Shown: in pieces, positions 10,850 to 21,965 of the stretch
Layout of the letters: each line of letters starts with the position of its first letter
How positions within the stretch are numbered: position 1 is the first letter of the stretch
IMG/VR virus record: IMGVR_UViG_3300032038_000025
Span: 53,929-117,928 of that record
Source: a virus
Taxonomy: Duplodnaviria; Caudoviricetes
Length of the DNA stretch: 64,000 nt
Strand: one strand, 5' to 3'
Translations under genes and position numbers: made by a program
The notes under the pieces: model-generated
Database searches by the model: none
What the model was told of the DNA's origin: nothing
The model's input: the letters and a program-made list of their open reading frames with translations, nothing else

Positions 10850-12664
10850 TTAACGTGCTACTAATGAAGCCTCATAGTCTGAAGCCTTTATAATTCTTGT
10901 TACTAAAGTTGTATTATTCCACGGTGCAGTTGCAATCCACGTATCATATAGTGCATCGGGGACAACAATTTTTTGTTTTGTATTACTATTTAAAATAAAG
11001 GCATTTGCGTTATCAAGAGTTGGAACAGCAGTATGATCTCTAAAATCAACTACACATAAATGAAAACATTCTCTAAATGTATCGGTAGGAATCGTTGTAA
11101 TACTTGCGGGAATTTTTATATAATTTAATGCAGTATAACAATATCCAAAATATGGCATATATGTACAATTAGTAAATGTAATATTAGATGGGTCTAAATT
11201 CCAACAGGTAGACGCAAAATTCTGTACATTAGTTTTTGTAACCAGCTTAGGAAGATTAATATTTGCTTTTATAGTTTGTAACGCTGTGCAGTTAGAAAAC
11301 ATTGTTTTAATTGTTGTTGCGTTTGTAAAACTAAAATCTGAAATATCTATTTCCTTTAATAAGGTACATTCTTGAAACATTGCCTCAAAATTAGTTACGC
11401 TTGAAGTATCCCAATTTTTATTTCTTATTATCTTTTTCAATGATCTACAATATTGAAACATATATCCAAAATTAGTTGCTTTATTTGAAACATTAAAATT
11501 ACTTAAATCAATTTCTTTAAGAGAAATGCACCCAGAAAACATACTATTATAATTTTGAACATTATCAGTTATAAAACCACTTAAATCTAAATGTTCTAAA
11601 TGTCTGCAATAAGAAAACATTGAATTAAGATAAATTAATACAGTGGTAGTCTGCCATTTAGAAGAATTTAAATATCTTAAATTATAATCATTAGAAAACA
11701 TACTATCCATGCGGGTCGCCTTTGTAAAATTAAAATCTTCAATACCTTTTATTTCACAAAGACAAACACAATCTTTAAATGCTCCATCAAATCTTATTAC
11801 ACTGCTTGTATCCCATCCACTTAAATCGAGGTTTACAATGTTTGAACAGTTTTGAAATATGCCTGTTAAATCAGTACATTTATTGCTTACATCATGTGGA
11901 AGATATATTTCTTGTATAGACGACATAAAATAAAACATATACTGCAAAGATGTTATATTTGCAAAACTGCAAATAGACAAATCTACATATCTTAATGATT
12001 TATTTCTTACATGTCTATATGAATTAGAACAATTACCATTTGGCTTTGCATTCATTACAGTGTCAGCAACCGTTAAATGTGTAATCCAAGAATCACTAGT
12101 ACCAGCTATATAATTTGAAGTAGGGAAAATAGCAGTATGGTTTGGCATATTACAATATCTTTCCACGCATGGCTGATCTGTAGCTCCATAAGTATAACTT
12201 GAGTCTTCATCTGCCATATATGAAAATCTAAAACTAGTTATACTTGAACCACTCTGAGGAGTAATTTTATAAACTACATAATCTCCTTCATCTGTTGGTA
12301 AAGTTTGCTGAAATACCGTATTACTGTCTTGATCAGTAGAAAATACAGATGTAAATATTCCGTTATTTAACGAACCACGTTCTACATGATATGCACCTAC
12401 CACTTTAATGGATATAAAATTATAAGTACCCACTCCATATGTGCAGTCATATGTCAAATAAATAACCTCCTGATTAGTCAAATCCACTTTGGAGTAGTCT
12501 GGCCAATCAGAAGGTCTTTCCCATTTCTTAACTCTTACATTATGCAAATCTTTAATTGCTTCGTCCATCTCACGAGGTTTGTATGTTGCGGTTTCGCCGT
12601 TCCGATCTCTGATCGCATCCGCAATATTCGTAAAGACGCTGTCATCTATATATACTTTACTCAT
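10850..12664 (-). CDS. BspA-family/DUF285-like ~26-residue repeat adhesin
   Basis: Repeated LDLSGWDTSSV..F..MF..C..L units; N-terminal IADAIR motif; C-terminal IVVPDALYDTW. Confidence 0.75.
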   Translation of the reverse strand: MSKVYIDDSVFTNIADAIRDRNGETATYKPREMDEAIKDLHNVRVKKWERPSDWPDYSKVDLTNQEVIYLTYDCTYGVGTYNFISIKVVGAYHVERGSLNNGIFTSVFSTDQDSNTVFQQTLPTDEGDYVVYKITPQSGSSITSFRFSYMADEDSSYTYGATDQPCVERYCNMPNHTAIFPTSNYIAGTSDSWITHLTVADTVMNAKPNGNCSNSYRHVRNKSLRYVDLSICSFANITSLQYMFYFMSSIQEIYLPHDVSNKCTDLTGIFQNCSNIVNLDLSGWDTSSVIRFDGAFKDCVCLCEIKGIEDFNFTKATRMDSMFSNDYNLRYLNSSKWQTTTVLIYLNSMFSYCRHLEHLDLSGFITDNVQNYNSMFSGCISLKEIDLSNFNVSNKATNFGYMFQYCRSLKKIIRNKNWDTSSVTNFEAMFQECTLLKEIDISDFSFTNATTIKTMFSNCTALQTIKANINLPKLVTKTNVQNFASTCWNLDPSNITFTNCTYMPYFGYCYTALNYIKIPASITTIPTDTFRECFHLCVVDFRDHTAVPTLDNANAFILNSNTKQKIVVPDALYDTWIATAPWNNTTLVTRIIKASDYEASLVAR

Positions 12665-15114
12665 TAATAACTCACCTCGCTTGCGTCATCAAATCCATAC
12701 GATGCTGTATCTCCATCACCATACTGTGCGAGAGCCGCAGTGATAAGTTCATTCACTTGCGAAGCTGTCATGTAGGGAGATGTAGTATTTACCCACTTGG
12801 AGGTTGTACCATCGTAGGTTAGTATTTGTCCTGTTGCGGGAGAGGCGATATTAGTATCACTGAGACCAGACAAATTTGGCGATACACCTGCGGTTGCCGC
12901 ATCCACATACTGCTTAGTAGCAACATCCATATTCTCAGTTGGGCCAGTACCTACCGTCAGCTTACCTGCATACCAACCATTACCGCTCCAGTCGAGAGTG
13001 TAGGCGTTGGAACGGGCAGAATCAGATGTGCCGTTACCTACGATGTCAGCATAAGTTCCTGCGGTGTCTTCGATATTATATTTACCTTGAACATGTTGAT
13101 TATTAGAAGATGCAATAGTATTACTTCCCTCTGCATGGGTATTAATACCTTTTGCAGTTGTTAAAAATCCTTCCGCATGTGTATTACTTCCTGATGCCGT
13201 TGTAGCTCGTCCTTCGGCATGAGTTGCATAACCATTAGAAATAGTGGACATTCCCTCTGCGTGTGAACCTTGTTGAGATGCAGTTGTTATCAAAGCTATA
13301 TAATAAGTTTTATTAGAAATTGCCGTAGTTGAAGACAATGTTTTATCTAAAGTAATAGTTTTATTTTCAGCATCAATATTGGTTATCTCATAACTCGACG
13401 ATAGTAAATTATTACTTGACCAAATTTCTTTTCGACCAGAATAATTAACAAAATAATCTTCTAAATTTTGTGTATAAGTGTAAGATGTTGAACCTGCATC
13501 TCCCGTTAAAGAAATGGCTTCTACACATGGACATCCTTCTGAATGACTTAACATTCCAGTTGAAACACTTCTGCCTTCTGCATGAGAACCGCTTCCAGAA
13601 GCAAACGTCTTATTGCCTTCTGCATGAGAATAATAACCAGAAGCTGTTGTATGATATCCTTCTGCATGAGAAGAATCCCCATCTGCGACAGTGCCACTAC
13701 CTTCTGCATGAGAAGCGGGGGAAGAGGCTATTGTGCCACTACCTTCTGCATGAGAAGAGGAGAAAGAGGCAATAGAGTTACTTCCCTCTGCGTGCGCATT
13801 AAGTCCAAGCGCTTTTGTATTGATACCTTCTGCGTGAGAATTTTCACCAGCAGCAAACGTCTTATTGCCTTCTGATGTTGTTTTTGGTCCAATTGCTTTT
13901 TTATATTGATAATATAAAGTTCCTACAACAGAAGAATAGGTATATCTATCAATAGGTATAATATCGTTATTAAATTGAATAACATTATTTGTTGTATCAA
14001 TACTTAAAACAGCACGATAAGTATTTATATCAGATGAATTTCCATTATAAGTTTGTGTATATTGTAAATTACATACATAATACATCTTAGTCAATATATC
14101 TGACACAGGTTGTATTATATCATCCTCAGTAGTATATGTTACAGTATCAGTTGCAGTAGTTGGAAAATCAAAAGTGATATGATATATCGCTGCATTTTCA
14201 CTCTGTTCAAGTTGTCCAATCATGACAGAGTTTTCTCCGTCCCCCGCTCTAATAGCGGGACGATTAAGTACATAAGCGGGATCTCCGTCAAGATCCTCAT
14301 TCCAATCAGAGTTCTCAACTGTGATGTTACTTATTGTACATTGATATTTTCCCACTATCTCTTCTGGTGCACTAGAAGGAACTTGAGTGTTAGTAACAGT
14401 AATTAATATATTTCCATTGGAAAATCTGGTTTCAGTTTCCGAACTAAATATAAGCTGATAAGTACCATTATCAACATTAACACCATCAGCAACAATTCCG
14501 ATTATTCGCGGTAAGTCTGTTATATATATTCCATAAATCCTCGAAGGACTTTTATCTGAGACCATTACTGTTGCTGAGTTATTATCAGAAAGATTTACAA
14601 TTAAAGGTTTTATCTCATTCTCATCAATTGCATTATCCACATATTTCTTAGTAGCAACGTCCATATTAGTAGTGGGATTAGCTCCTACTGTCAGTTTACC
14701 TGCAAGAACTTCATTTCCGTTCCAATCAAGGGTTCTCGCATTTGAACGGGCGTCATCTGACGTTCCTTTGCCAACTATTTCAACATATGTACCACGATTA
14801 TACATGCCACCAGATACCATATCCGCAACATTATATTCACCAAAAACATGTTGTGACCTATGATTGGCTATTGTACAATTTCCTTCTGCATGAGAATACT
14901 AACCAGAAGATGCGGTAGCCCCACCTTCTATAATAGAATAATCTCCACCACCAGCATTAATATTTGGTTTATTCTTTATATAACTTACACTGTCAACGTC
15001 ATATTCGCTCCAATCACTTTGCCCAGTATTTTGATTCACATATTCAACTGTTTTCGCCAATGCCAAAGAGAGACCTTGTAAATCAACTGGCTTTTTTAAA
15101 GTTTCTTGATCCAT
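12664..15114 (-). CDS. Tail fibre with YadA-head-like SHAEG repeats, 816 aa, 1 TAG
   Basis: Track ORFs 14899-15114 and 12664-14820 are in frame, joined at TAG 14899 (ASSG*YSHAEG; an internal repeat reads AAGENSHAEG). Duplicated GNGTSD.ARSNA.TLDW...MDVATK.YVD block. Confidence 0.8.
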
Positions 15115-15132
15115 GTATTAGTCCCTCCTTTC

Positions 15133-15405
15133 TTAAACTGGGCCACCACTATCCTTGCCCCACGTTCCATAATCAGAATTATAATAATATAAATTTGAAT
15201 TCCATGAACCAATAACAGTTACAGTAACTTCATTCATCTGATCAAGTTCGTTAAACTTCTTGTATGTTATTTGTAAATTTGTACCACTTTCCTCAGAAGG
15301 ATGAATGGCGACAACTGGAGTATATAACCCATTCGACAATTGAATGACTGGATACATGCCATTAACTACTTTATATAAAATCTCATTTAAATTCGCCATA
15401 TCCAT
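15133..15405 (-). CDS. Hypothetical tail-region protein
   Basis: 90-aa ORF with SD, coupled to its neighbours. Confidence 0.6.
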   Translation of the reverse strand: MDMANLNEILYKVVNGMYPVIQLSNGLYTPVVAIHPSEESGTNLQITYKKFNELDQMNEVTVTVIGSWNSNLYYYNSDYGTWGKDSGGPV

Positions 15406-15668
15406 TATCCTCCTGTCGTATAATCATCTGTAGTAATTACAGCCGCCGTTAGACCAAGTGCATCACACATCTCTTCAATATCTGCGGCAGATGCACAGTT
15501 AAACTCTTGTGTAATTATATTACCATTTTCATCAGTTACTAAATATTTATTTGCATTAGATGCTCCTTGCGCAATATCGACCTTGGTACTTAACCCCTGC
15601 CGCGCGCTCGCATCTTTTATATTAAAAACTTTATTAGAAGGGAGAGTTATTTGAGAAATATCTGCCAT
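15405..15668 (-). CDS. Small tail-fibre-associated protein
   Basis: N-terminus MADISQITLPS..FNIKDA.AR is paralogous to that of 15694-16602. Confidence 0.65.
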   Translation of the reverse strand: MADISQITLPSNKVFNIKDASARQGLSTKVDIAQGASNANKYLVTDENGNIITQEFNCASAADIEEMCDALGLTAAVITTDDYTTGG

Positions 15669-15693
15669 CTATTAAATCTCCTTTCTTCTATCA

Positions 15694-16602
15694 TTATTCG
15701 ACTGTTACTGTACCCTCTGTACCTGTAAATGTAGGTTGAGAAACTTCTCCAGTCGGAGTTCCTTTAACGCTCACACTCCCTGCGGTCCCTGCAAAAGAAG
15801 CGCTCTTAGGAACTGAAATACTATCAGTCTCAAGTCTAACACCAGTACCAGTCCAAGATGGTTGAGATGATGTATATGTTGCGTCACCTGTCTTAACAGT
15901 AACATCGCTTGTTGTAATACTTGCGCCAGTTGTATAACCTAACTGATATAAACTTAAATTTTCACCAGTTACAGAATAATATGTTAATGAATTTGCGGGT
16001 GCGGTTGCGCCAGGTGCTGCGGCGACCACGGTCTTTGCGACAGTTTGACTGGTCGGATTCTTTACAGTAGTCGTGGCTCCCGCTTCATTTAAAGAAATCG
16101 TTGGTGTACCGACAGTGCCCGCAGGCGTATAGTTTGCAGTACCGCTCGCCGCAACTTTAATAGCTACAGTTTTATCTTCATTTGTAAAAGTAACATTACC
16201 AGCAGGAGTAAAAGAACCAGTTGAAGTTGTCTCAGAACCAGTAAAAGTGGGCTTTGAAACAGTTCCCGCAGGTGTAAATTCTCCAGTTGCTTCATCCTTA
16301 AAAGCTAATGCCTTTAAAGAACCCATATCACCAAACTCATGCCACTTATTATCACTAGATGAATAAACAAACTACTTGTCGCCATAAATAACAACACTAC
16401 CGGCTTCCGCATTATACTCTTCACCGCCAATAGAAATGGTTGATGCAGAAGACCCATCTGTAAGAGCTGTAGTTGTTACACCTAAATAAGACATTGCACC
16501 AGTAATAGTACCTTTAATAGTTGCAATATCCGCACGTGCCTGAGCATCTTTTATATTATACTAACTACCACTGGGTAATGTAATCTTCGATATATCTGCC
16601 AT
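15694..16602 (-). CDS. Tail fibre-type protein, 302 aa, 2 TAG
   Basis: ATG 16602 is in frame with track ORF 16326; TAG at 16561 and 16372 (YGDK*FVY...WHEFGD); repeated TP.GTVS.PTFTG. Confidence 0.75.
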
Positions 16603-16621
16603 AGAAGTTTTTCCTCTCTTT

Positions 16622-17170
16622 TTAATTTGTTGTAAAAATTATATTTTCTTCATCCTCTTCTTTCAAATAACATCTTACTTTATTATTCCAAAAAGTTCTT
16701 TCTTCTGATGTTATATGAATAGAAGAATTATTTATATGCTCCTAATAAGCATCTGTTAAAAAAGGTAAATCAACTACATAAGTAGTTCCATCACCTATCT
16801 TGACACCAGCAATAACTTTTCCATCTTCCTATTTATAATCACTATAAACAATAATATCTCCTGCCGCGGGGATGTAACTTCTATTATTATTCCATTCCTC
16901 GACAGAGTTATATAACAAAGATGGAAAATGTTTATCATTAGTTAAATCACTAATTTTTTCTGGAATACTTGGCTTATTTTTAATAAAAGCATTGCCGCCA
17001 ACCGCATTCCAATCAGGGTTTTCATTAATCTAAATCCGTTTAATTTCACCCTATCCAATATCAACGTCAATATATACTTTTCCAGTATCTTTTGTTAAAT
17101 AGGCATATCCATCGTTTTTTTCAGTTGGCAAAACGTTGGAATTGCCCCTCAAAACTCTAAATATAGCCAT
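16622..17170 (-). CDS. Tail-associated protein (KIGDG..LPF motif of fibre N-terminal domains), 182 aa, 4 TAG
   Basis: MAIFRVLRGN...DTGKVYID...AFIKNKP...GVKIGDGTTYVVDLPF; ends TAA; absent from the track. Confidence 0.7.
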
Positions 17171-17173
17171 TTA

Positions 17174-17419
17174 TCAAAACTCCTACCACTCTAATACACT
17201 AGTTATCACTATTCCTAAGTCTTCTATTGTACGATTTCCAATTAGCGTGACTCCATTAATAGAAGGTAAATTTATTAACTTCTCATAATCCTTTTCAACA
17301 ACTTTATAAAAGGGATCAGAAAGAGACATTTTTATTTTATCATTTAGCTCTTTAACAGACATTTTTATTTTATCATTTGACTCTTTAACATGCATATCAA
17401 CTTTTAATACTTTATCCAT
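17174..17419 (-). CDS. Small tail protein (DYEKL.NLPSINGVTLIGN motif); ends VLEW*EF then TGA
   Basis: Track ORF extended three codons through TAG 17183. Confidence 0.7.
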
Positions 17420-17420
17420 G

Positions 17421-17723
17421 TTAAATCACCTACCTATATAAAATCTCTGTAACATCTATATCTTCTATTGAAGTTGCCCAAACAAGACCATCTTTAGTTT
17501 TACCTTTTATTTGAATGCGGGCGGGACCCGGCTTAAAAAGTAAAGTATTTTTCTGGCTTAACTCAATTGTCACAACATTATTTTCAATAGAAACATCCTC
17601 TTTTGTTTTAGTTAATCTAGTTGGACCTTGAGAGATAGTTACATAAATATCGTCAATAGACTATTGTAAAACCTATTCATTATCAAGAAAACATTGAATA
17701 GTAGGAGTCGTAGATCTAATCAT
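17421..17723 (-). CDS. Small baseplate/tail protein (MIRSTTPT family), 100 aa, 3 TAG
   Basis: SD GGGAGG; MIRSTTPTIQ...LSQKNTLLFKPG.ARIQIKG; ends TAA. Confidence 0.7.
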
Positions 17724-17823
17724 ATATTTTACCTCCCACAAAAAATAATTTAAAAACACCTTTTCATATTTTATATGAAAAATTCTCATATTTAATTGTC
17801 TCACTTTGACCATAATTTTTTTC

Positions 17824-17852
17824 TTGACATTTTATTAAAAATTTGTTATAAT
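17824..17852 (+). promoter_or_regulatory. Sigma-A promoter starting the plus-strand block
   Basis: TTGACA-17 bp-TATAAT with extended TG. Confidence 0.8.
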
Positions 17853-17879
17853 TTTATTAAAGAAAGAAGGATAAAAATT

Positions 17880-18620
17880 ATGAACACTTATGTTTTTTCA
17901 GATTTACATAGTCAATATAATCTCTGGGGACAACTTAAAAATTATATAAAACCAGAGGATAAAGCCTATTGTCTTGGTGATTGTATTGATCGAGGCCCTG
18001 CCGCATTTGAAATATTGACAGAAATAATGGATGCCCCTAATATTATTTTATTGTGCGGCAACCATGAAGATTTTATCAACAGCATTGGTTCAGAAATAAT
18101 TCCTTATATTGAAGAAGGCTTCCACTGGTCTCATCCAAAAATGTCACTATGGAGAGCCAACGGGGCAGAAAAAACTATTAAAGCATTTTGTAAAATGACT
18201 CCTTTAAAACGACTTCAATTAATTGACAAAATCAAAAGCCTTCCAACTCATATAGAATATACTAATACAAAAGGAGATATAATATATCTTTGTCATGCGG
18301 GGCGGCAGCCAGATATCGCAGAGATACCAGATATGCATATGGGCAGTATTCCAATGAATAATTATATATGGGATCGTAGTCATATTTCTGATTTACTCTG
18401 GCGAGGAAAAGATAATGAATATTGTATTCATGGACATACTCCAGTGGGATATATTTATCATTTTCTTAATGATTTAGAAAAACCACCGCCATCTCAATTT
18501 GAAATATATAAATATTGTGAAGGTCATAAAATAGATATTGATCTTGGTAGTTTTTATACCAACCGCGCTTGTTTATTAAATCTTGATACTTTTGAACCAA
18601 TTTATTTTAAGGAGAAATAA
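17880..18620 (+). CDS. Metallophosphoesterase (Ser/Thr protein phosphatase-like)
   Basis: SDLH, GDCIDRG, GNHE, HAG and IHGHTP motifs. Confidence 0.85.
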   Translation: MNTYVFSDLHSQYNLWGQLKNYIKPEDKAYCLGDCIDRGPAAFEILTEIMDAPNIILLCGNHEDFINSIGSEIIPYIEEGFHWSHPKMSLWRANGAEKTIKAFCKMTPLKRLQLIDKIKSLPTHIEYTNTKGDIIYLCHAGRQPDIAEIPDMHMGSIPMNNYIWDRSHISDLLWRGKDNEYCIHGHTPVGYIYHFLNDLEKPPPSQFEIYKYCEGHKIDIDLGSFYTNRACLLNLDTFEPIYFKEK

Positions 18621-18621
18621 T

Positions 18622-18924
18622 ATGGATAAATATTTAATTAATAAAAATGAATTGCTTTCTTTTCTTAGATATGAAATTCTATATAAATGGAAAGAAGCTG
18701 AAAAAATACAGCCTGATAAGAATGATACTTTTGCAAAATATCTTATAAATTCATCTATATATAAGCCAGACCATGAATTTATTCAGTCTTTTTGTGTAAC
18801 GGATGAAGAGCGGAAAGACCCAATTGGAACTGGTATTTATAATGAAATTCTCCCCGCAGATTTAGCAAGATATGAAGCTGCAACATTTTATTCCTCTAGA
18901 AAGGAGTCATATTATGAATTCTAA
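18622..18924 (+). CDS. Hypothetical protein
   Basis: SD AAGGAG before ATG 18622. Confidence 0.65.
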   Translation: MDKYLINKNELLSFLRYEILYKWKEAEKIQPDKNDTFAKYLINSSIYKPDHEFIQSFCVTDEERKDPIGTGIYNEILPADLARYEAATFYSSRKESYYEF

Positions 18925-19096
18925 TGTTCACTATCACGGAGGAGTTGGTTTTCTTGATGTTATATTAATTGTAAATATTATTCTTAAATTACTTGGTTCT
19001 ATTAATTGGAGTTGGAGCGTTGTATTGTGGCCTCTTTGGACTGAGATAATTTTATGTATAATTATAATTATAATAGATTTAATAGGAGATAATTAA
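18914..19096 (+). CDS. Small membrane protein
   Basis: GVGFLDVILIVNIILKLLGSINWSWSVVLWPLW. Confidence 0.7.
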   Translation: MNSNVHYHGGVGFLDVILIVNIILKLLGSINWSWSVVLWPLWTEIILCIIIIIIDLIGDN

Positions 19097-19099
19097 AAA

Positions 19100-19921
19100 A
19101 TGAATAGTAAAATATATATGTGCGGCGACCTTCATGGAGATTATTATCCAGTTAAAACTTTTTATGAATATATGAATTTTATTGGTCAACCGCTCACTGA
19201 AAACAATATATTAATTGTTCTTGGTGATTTTGGTGCCAATTACTATCTTGGACTTCGTGATAGTATTTTTAAAAAACATCTTAATGATTATAAAATGACA
19301 TATTTTATTATTAGAGGAAATCATGAAGAAAGACCAAGTATTTGTATGAAAAACAACCCTGGTCAATGGCATATTGAAGATTTTTGGGGCGGACAGGTGT
19401 ATGTAGAAAATGAATTTCCTTATATAAAATATGCTTTAGATGTTCCATCTAAATATGAAATACCAACAGCGCAGGGTAAACCAATCAAAACACTTGTTTT
19501 ACCTGGTGCTTATAGTGTTGATAAAGACTACAGACTTGCAAATCACTGGAGCTGGTTCCCACAAGAGCAATGTAATGAAGAAGAGATGCTTTGGGGAAAA
19601 ATGTTAGCGGCAACCGCAGATTGGGATTTAATTTTATCTCACACTTGTCCAGTTATATATGAACCAACTGATCTTTTTTTACCAATGATTGATCAATCTA
19701 AAGTAGATAAAACAACTGAAATATGGTTAGGAGATATTGAATATAAAACAAATTATAAACTTTGGTGTTGGGGTCATTATCATGCAAACCGCATCTATCC
19801 GCGAGTTGAAAATAAAGATAAATTAATGCTTTTTAATGATTATTTTCTTGATGTATATAAATATTTTTGTGGAAATTATGATCTTTATAACTCTTTAATA
19901 AAAATTCGCATTGATATTTAA
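19100..19921 (+). CDS. Metallophosphoesterase
   Basis: GDLHG, LGDFG, RGNHE, SHTCP and WGHYH motifs. Confidence 0.85.
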   Translation: MNSKIYMCGDLHGDYYPVKTFYEYMNFIGQPLTENNILIVLGDFGANYYLGLRDSIFKKHLNDYKMTYFIIRGNHEERPSICMKNNPGQWHIEDFWGGQVYVENEFPYIKYALDVPSKYEIPTAQGKPIKTLVLPGAYSVDKDYRLANHWSWFPQEQCNEEEMLWGKMLAATADWDLILSHTCPVIYEPTDLFLPMIDQSKVDKTTEIWLGDIEYKTNYKLWCWGHYHANRIYPRVENKDKLMLFNDYFLDVYKYFCGNYDLYNSLIKIRIDI

Positions 19922-19992
19922 ATAAATTTTTGATATAATAATATCATAAGAAAAGAAAAAATATAAAATAACAAAAGAAAGAGTGAAAAATA

Positions 19993-20325
19993 ATGAAAAT
20001 GTTTTATAAGAAAGATAATTGTTTTGTTGAAGTTTATAATTTTTTTGAAGATAGAACCGCACTTATTTTTTCTCCATCTACCGCAGGACGACAGAATGGT
20101 AATGGCTGGGAAAAAGTTAAAGTAGGACAGCTTATTCCCGAAAATTATTATGATGCCAATAGCGATGCTTTTATAAGTGAAAGCACGAGAACCAAAATTA
20201 AAAAGCGTCTTACTTTAACTCGTGCAGAATGGACTTGCACTGATGGCTTGATTTATAATAATTGTGATGAAGCTATTGCACATGAGCGTGTACTAATGAA
20301 GAAGGAGAATGAAAACAATGCTTAA
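19993..20325 (+). CDS. Hypothetical protein
   Basis: ORF follows a promoter at 19911-19939. Confidence 0.65.
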   Translation: MKMFYKKDNCFVEVYNFFEDRTALIFSPSTAGRQNGNGWEKVKVGQLIPENYYDANSDAFISESTRTKIKKRLTLTRAEWTCTDGLIYNNCDEAIAHERVLMKKENENNA

Positions 20326-21562
20326 TAAAAATAATGAAAGAGAACTAGTATATATTGTAGTTATTGACGATATAACTCCAATAGAAGGATATGATAGAGT
20401 TGAGCTTGCTCATGTTGGCGGATGGACGGTTGTAGTTGGTAAGGGCGAATTCAAGATCGGCGATCCAGCGATCTATTTTGAAATTGATTCTAAACTGCCT
20501 GAAGTAGAACCTTTTACCAATATGGAGTTTCTTGCTAAAAAGAAATATAAAATTAAAACGCAGAAAATGTGTAAATCATTAAGCCAGGGACTTCTTATGT
20601 CCGCCGCAAATTTTAAATGGACTATTTGTAAAAAAAATAATGATAATCTTACTGATATTATAGTAGGAATTGTAGATGATAAAGATTGCTACCATTGGAC
20701 AAATGATGAATCTCGTTTTCTTACTAAGCAGCTTGGTGTGATTTATGCAGAAGCTGATGATAATATTCGCAAGGCGGCGTCCGCAGATAAATATAAAAAG
20801 ATGGCACAGCGTCATGGGAAACTCTTTTCTAAACAGCCTTTTCGCTGGCTTATGAGGCGGGAATGGGGTAAAAAGCTACTTTTTGTTTTTTTTGGTAGAA
20901 AAAGAGATAAAAATGGTTGGCCCGCATGGGTTACAAAAACAGACGAAGAACGCATTCAGAACATGCCCTGGATACTAAAAGACAAAGAACCGTGGATTGC
21001 TACAGAAAAAATTGATGGCACGAGTACTACATTTACTCTTAAACGCGGTAAATGGCCACATAAAGATGAATTTTATGTATGTTCCCGCAACGTCTGTTTT
21101 AATAAACCAGACAAAACTTGTTTTTATGATACTAATGTTTATACTGAAATGGCAGAAAAATATGATATTTATAATAAAATGACAAAAATGCTTCATAATG
21201 ATTTTACAGATTGTGAATGGATTACTATCCAGGGTGAAACATACGGGCCTGGCGTTCAGAAGCGTGATTATCATGCTCCAACACACGACTTTATGGCCTT
21301 CAATTTCATAACCTCAAAAGACGGCCGCTGGGGAACAAAAGAAATGACAGATTTTCTTCTTAAAAAGAATGGAATACCTTGTGTTCCAATTCTTGATAAT
21401 AATTATATTCTTCCAGATACAGTTGAAGAACTTCTTAATTATGCAACAGGAGAATCTGTTTGTGACCATGACCTAAGAGAAGGAATTGTTTTCCGTTCAA
21501 AAGATGGAAGTAAATCTTTTAAGGCGGTTTCCAATGAATTTCTTCTTAAATATCATCAGTAA
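20318..21562 (+). CDS. RNA ligase (Rnl2/DRB0094-like)
   Basis: N-terminal PIEGYDRVELAHVGGW..VV; motif I EKIDG; QGE.YG; EGIV; SFKAVS. Confidence 0.85.
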   Translation: MLNKNNERELVYIVVIDDITPIEGYDRVELAHVGGWTVVVGKGEFKIGDPAIYFEIDSKLPEVEPFTNMEFLAKKKYKIKTQKMCKSLSQGLLMSAANFKWTICKKNNDNLTDIIVGIVDDKDCYHWTNDESRFLTKQLGVIYAEADDNIRKAASADKYKKMAQRHGKLFSKQPFRWLMRREWGKKLLFVFFGRKRDKNGWPAWVTKTDEERIQNMPWILKDKEPWIATEKIDGTSTTFTLKRGKWPHKDEFYVCSRNVCFNKPDKTCFYDTNVYTEMAEKYDIYNKMTKMLHNDFTDCEWITIQGETYGPGVQKRDYHAPTHDFMAFNFITSKDGRWGTKEMTDFLLKKNGIPCVPILDNNYILPDTVEELLNYATGESVCDHDLREGIVFRSKDGSKSFKAVSNEFLLKYHQ

Positions 21563-21566
21563 TTTT

Positions 21567-21600
21567 AATGGAGAGCAAATGCTCTCCATTTGTTTTTTTT
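21567..21600 (+). terminator. Intrinsic terminator overlapping the next -35 box
   Basis: AATGGAGAGC-AAAT-GCTCTCCATT followed by a T-run. Confidence 0.75.
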
Positions 21601-21658
21601 ATTATTTTTTGTTATAATATATATATAAGATATGAAAAAGAAAGGATGTGTTTTAATT

Positions 21659-21964
21659 ATGGGTAGAAGATATAAAGGTAACGATTTTATGATTTCTAAA
21701 ATGTATTGTATTAATTGCGGTCATGAAGGGGTTCCAATCGGAAGAAAAAATGGTCATTACCGCGAAGCAGGACATTTAAAAAAATTATATTGTGTCTATT
21801 GCAAAAAAGAATTTAATCATGTTGAAATACGTCCTATGTTTAGTAACTATAATTATGAAGATTTTGCTTTAGAAAAAAAATATAATAATTTTGATGAAGA
21901 TGGTAATAGAAAAGAACCTTTTACAATCTTTAGAGGAAATTTAAAAAAGAAAGGAATTATTTAA
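21659..21964 (+). CDS. Zinc-ribbon protein
   Basis: C..CG...HLKKLYC..C. Confidence 0.65.
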   Translation: MGRRYKGNDFMISKMYCINCGHEGVPIGRKNGHYREAGHLKKLYCVYCKKEFNHVEIRPMFSNYNYEDFALEKKYNNFDEDGNRKEPFTIFRGNLKKKGII

Positions 21965-21965
21965 A

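Noticed and set aside
7994-15114. Diversity-generating retroelement or CRISPR array in the repeat-rich fibre genes
   Set aside because: The repeats are in-frame protein repeats differing at many base types; no reverse transcriptase, template repeat or repeat-spacer pattern in the window.
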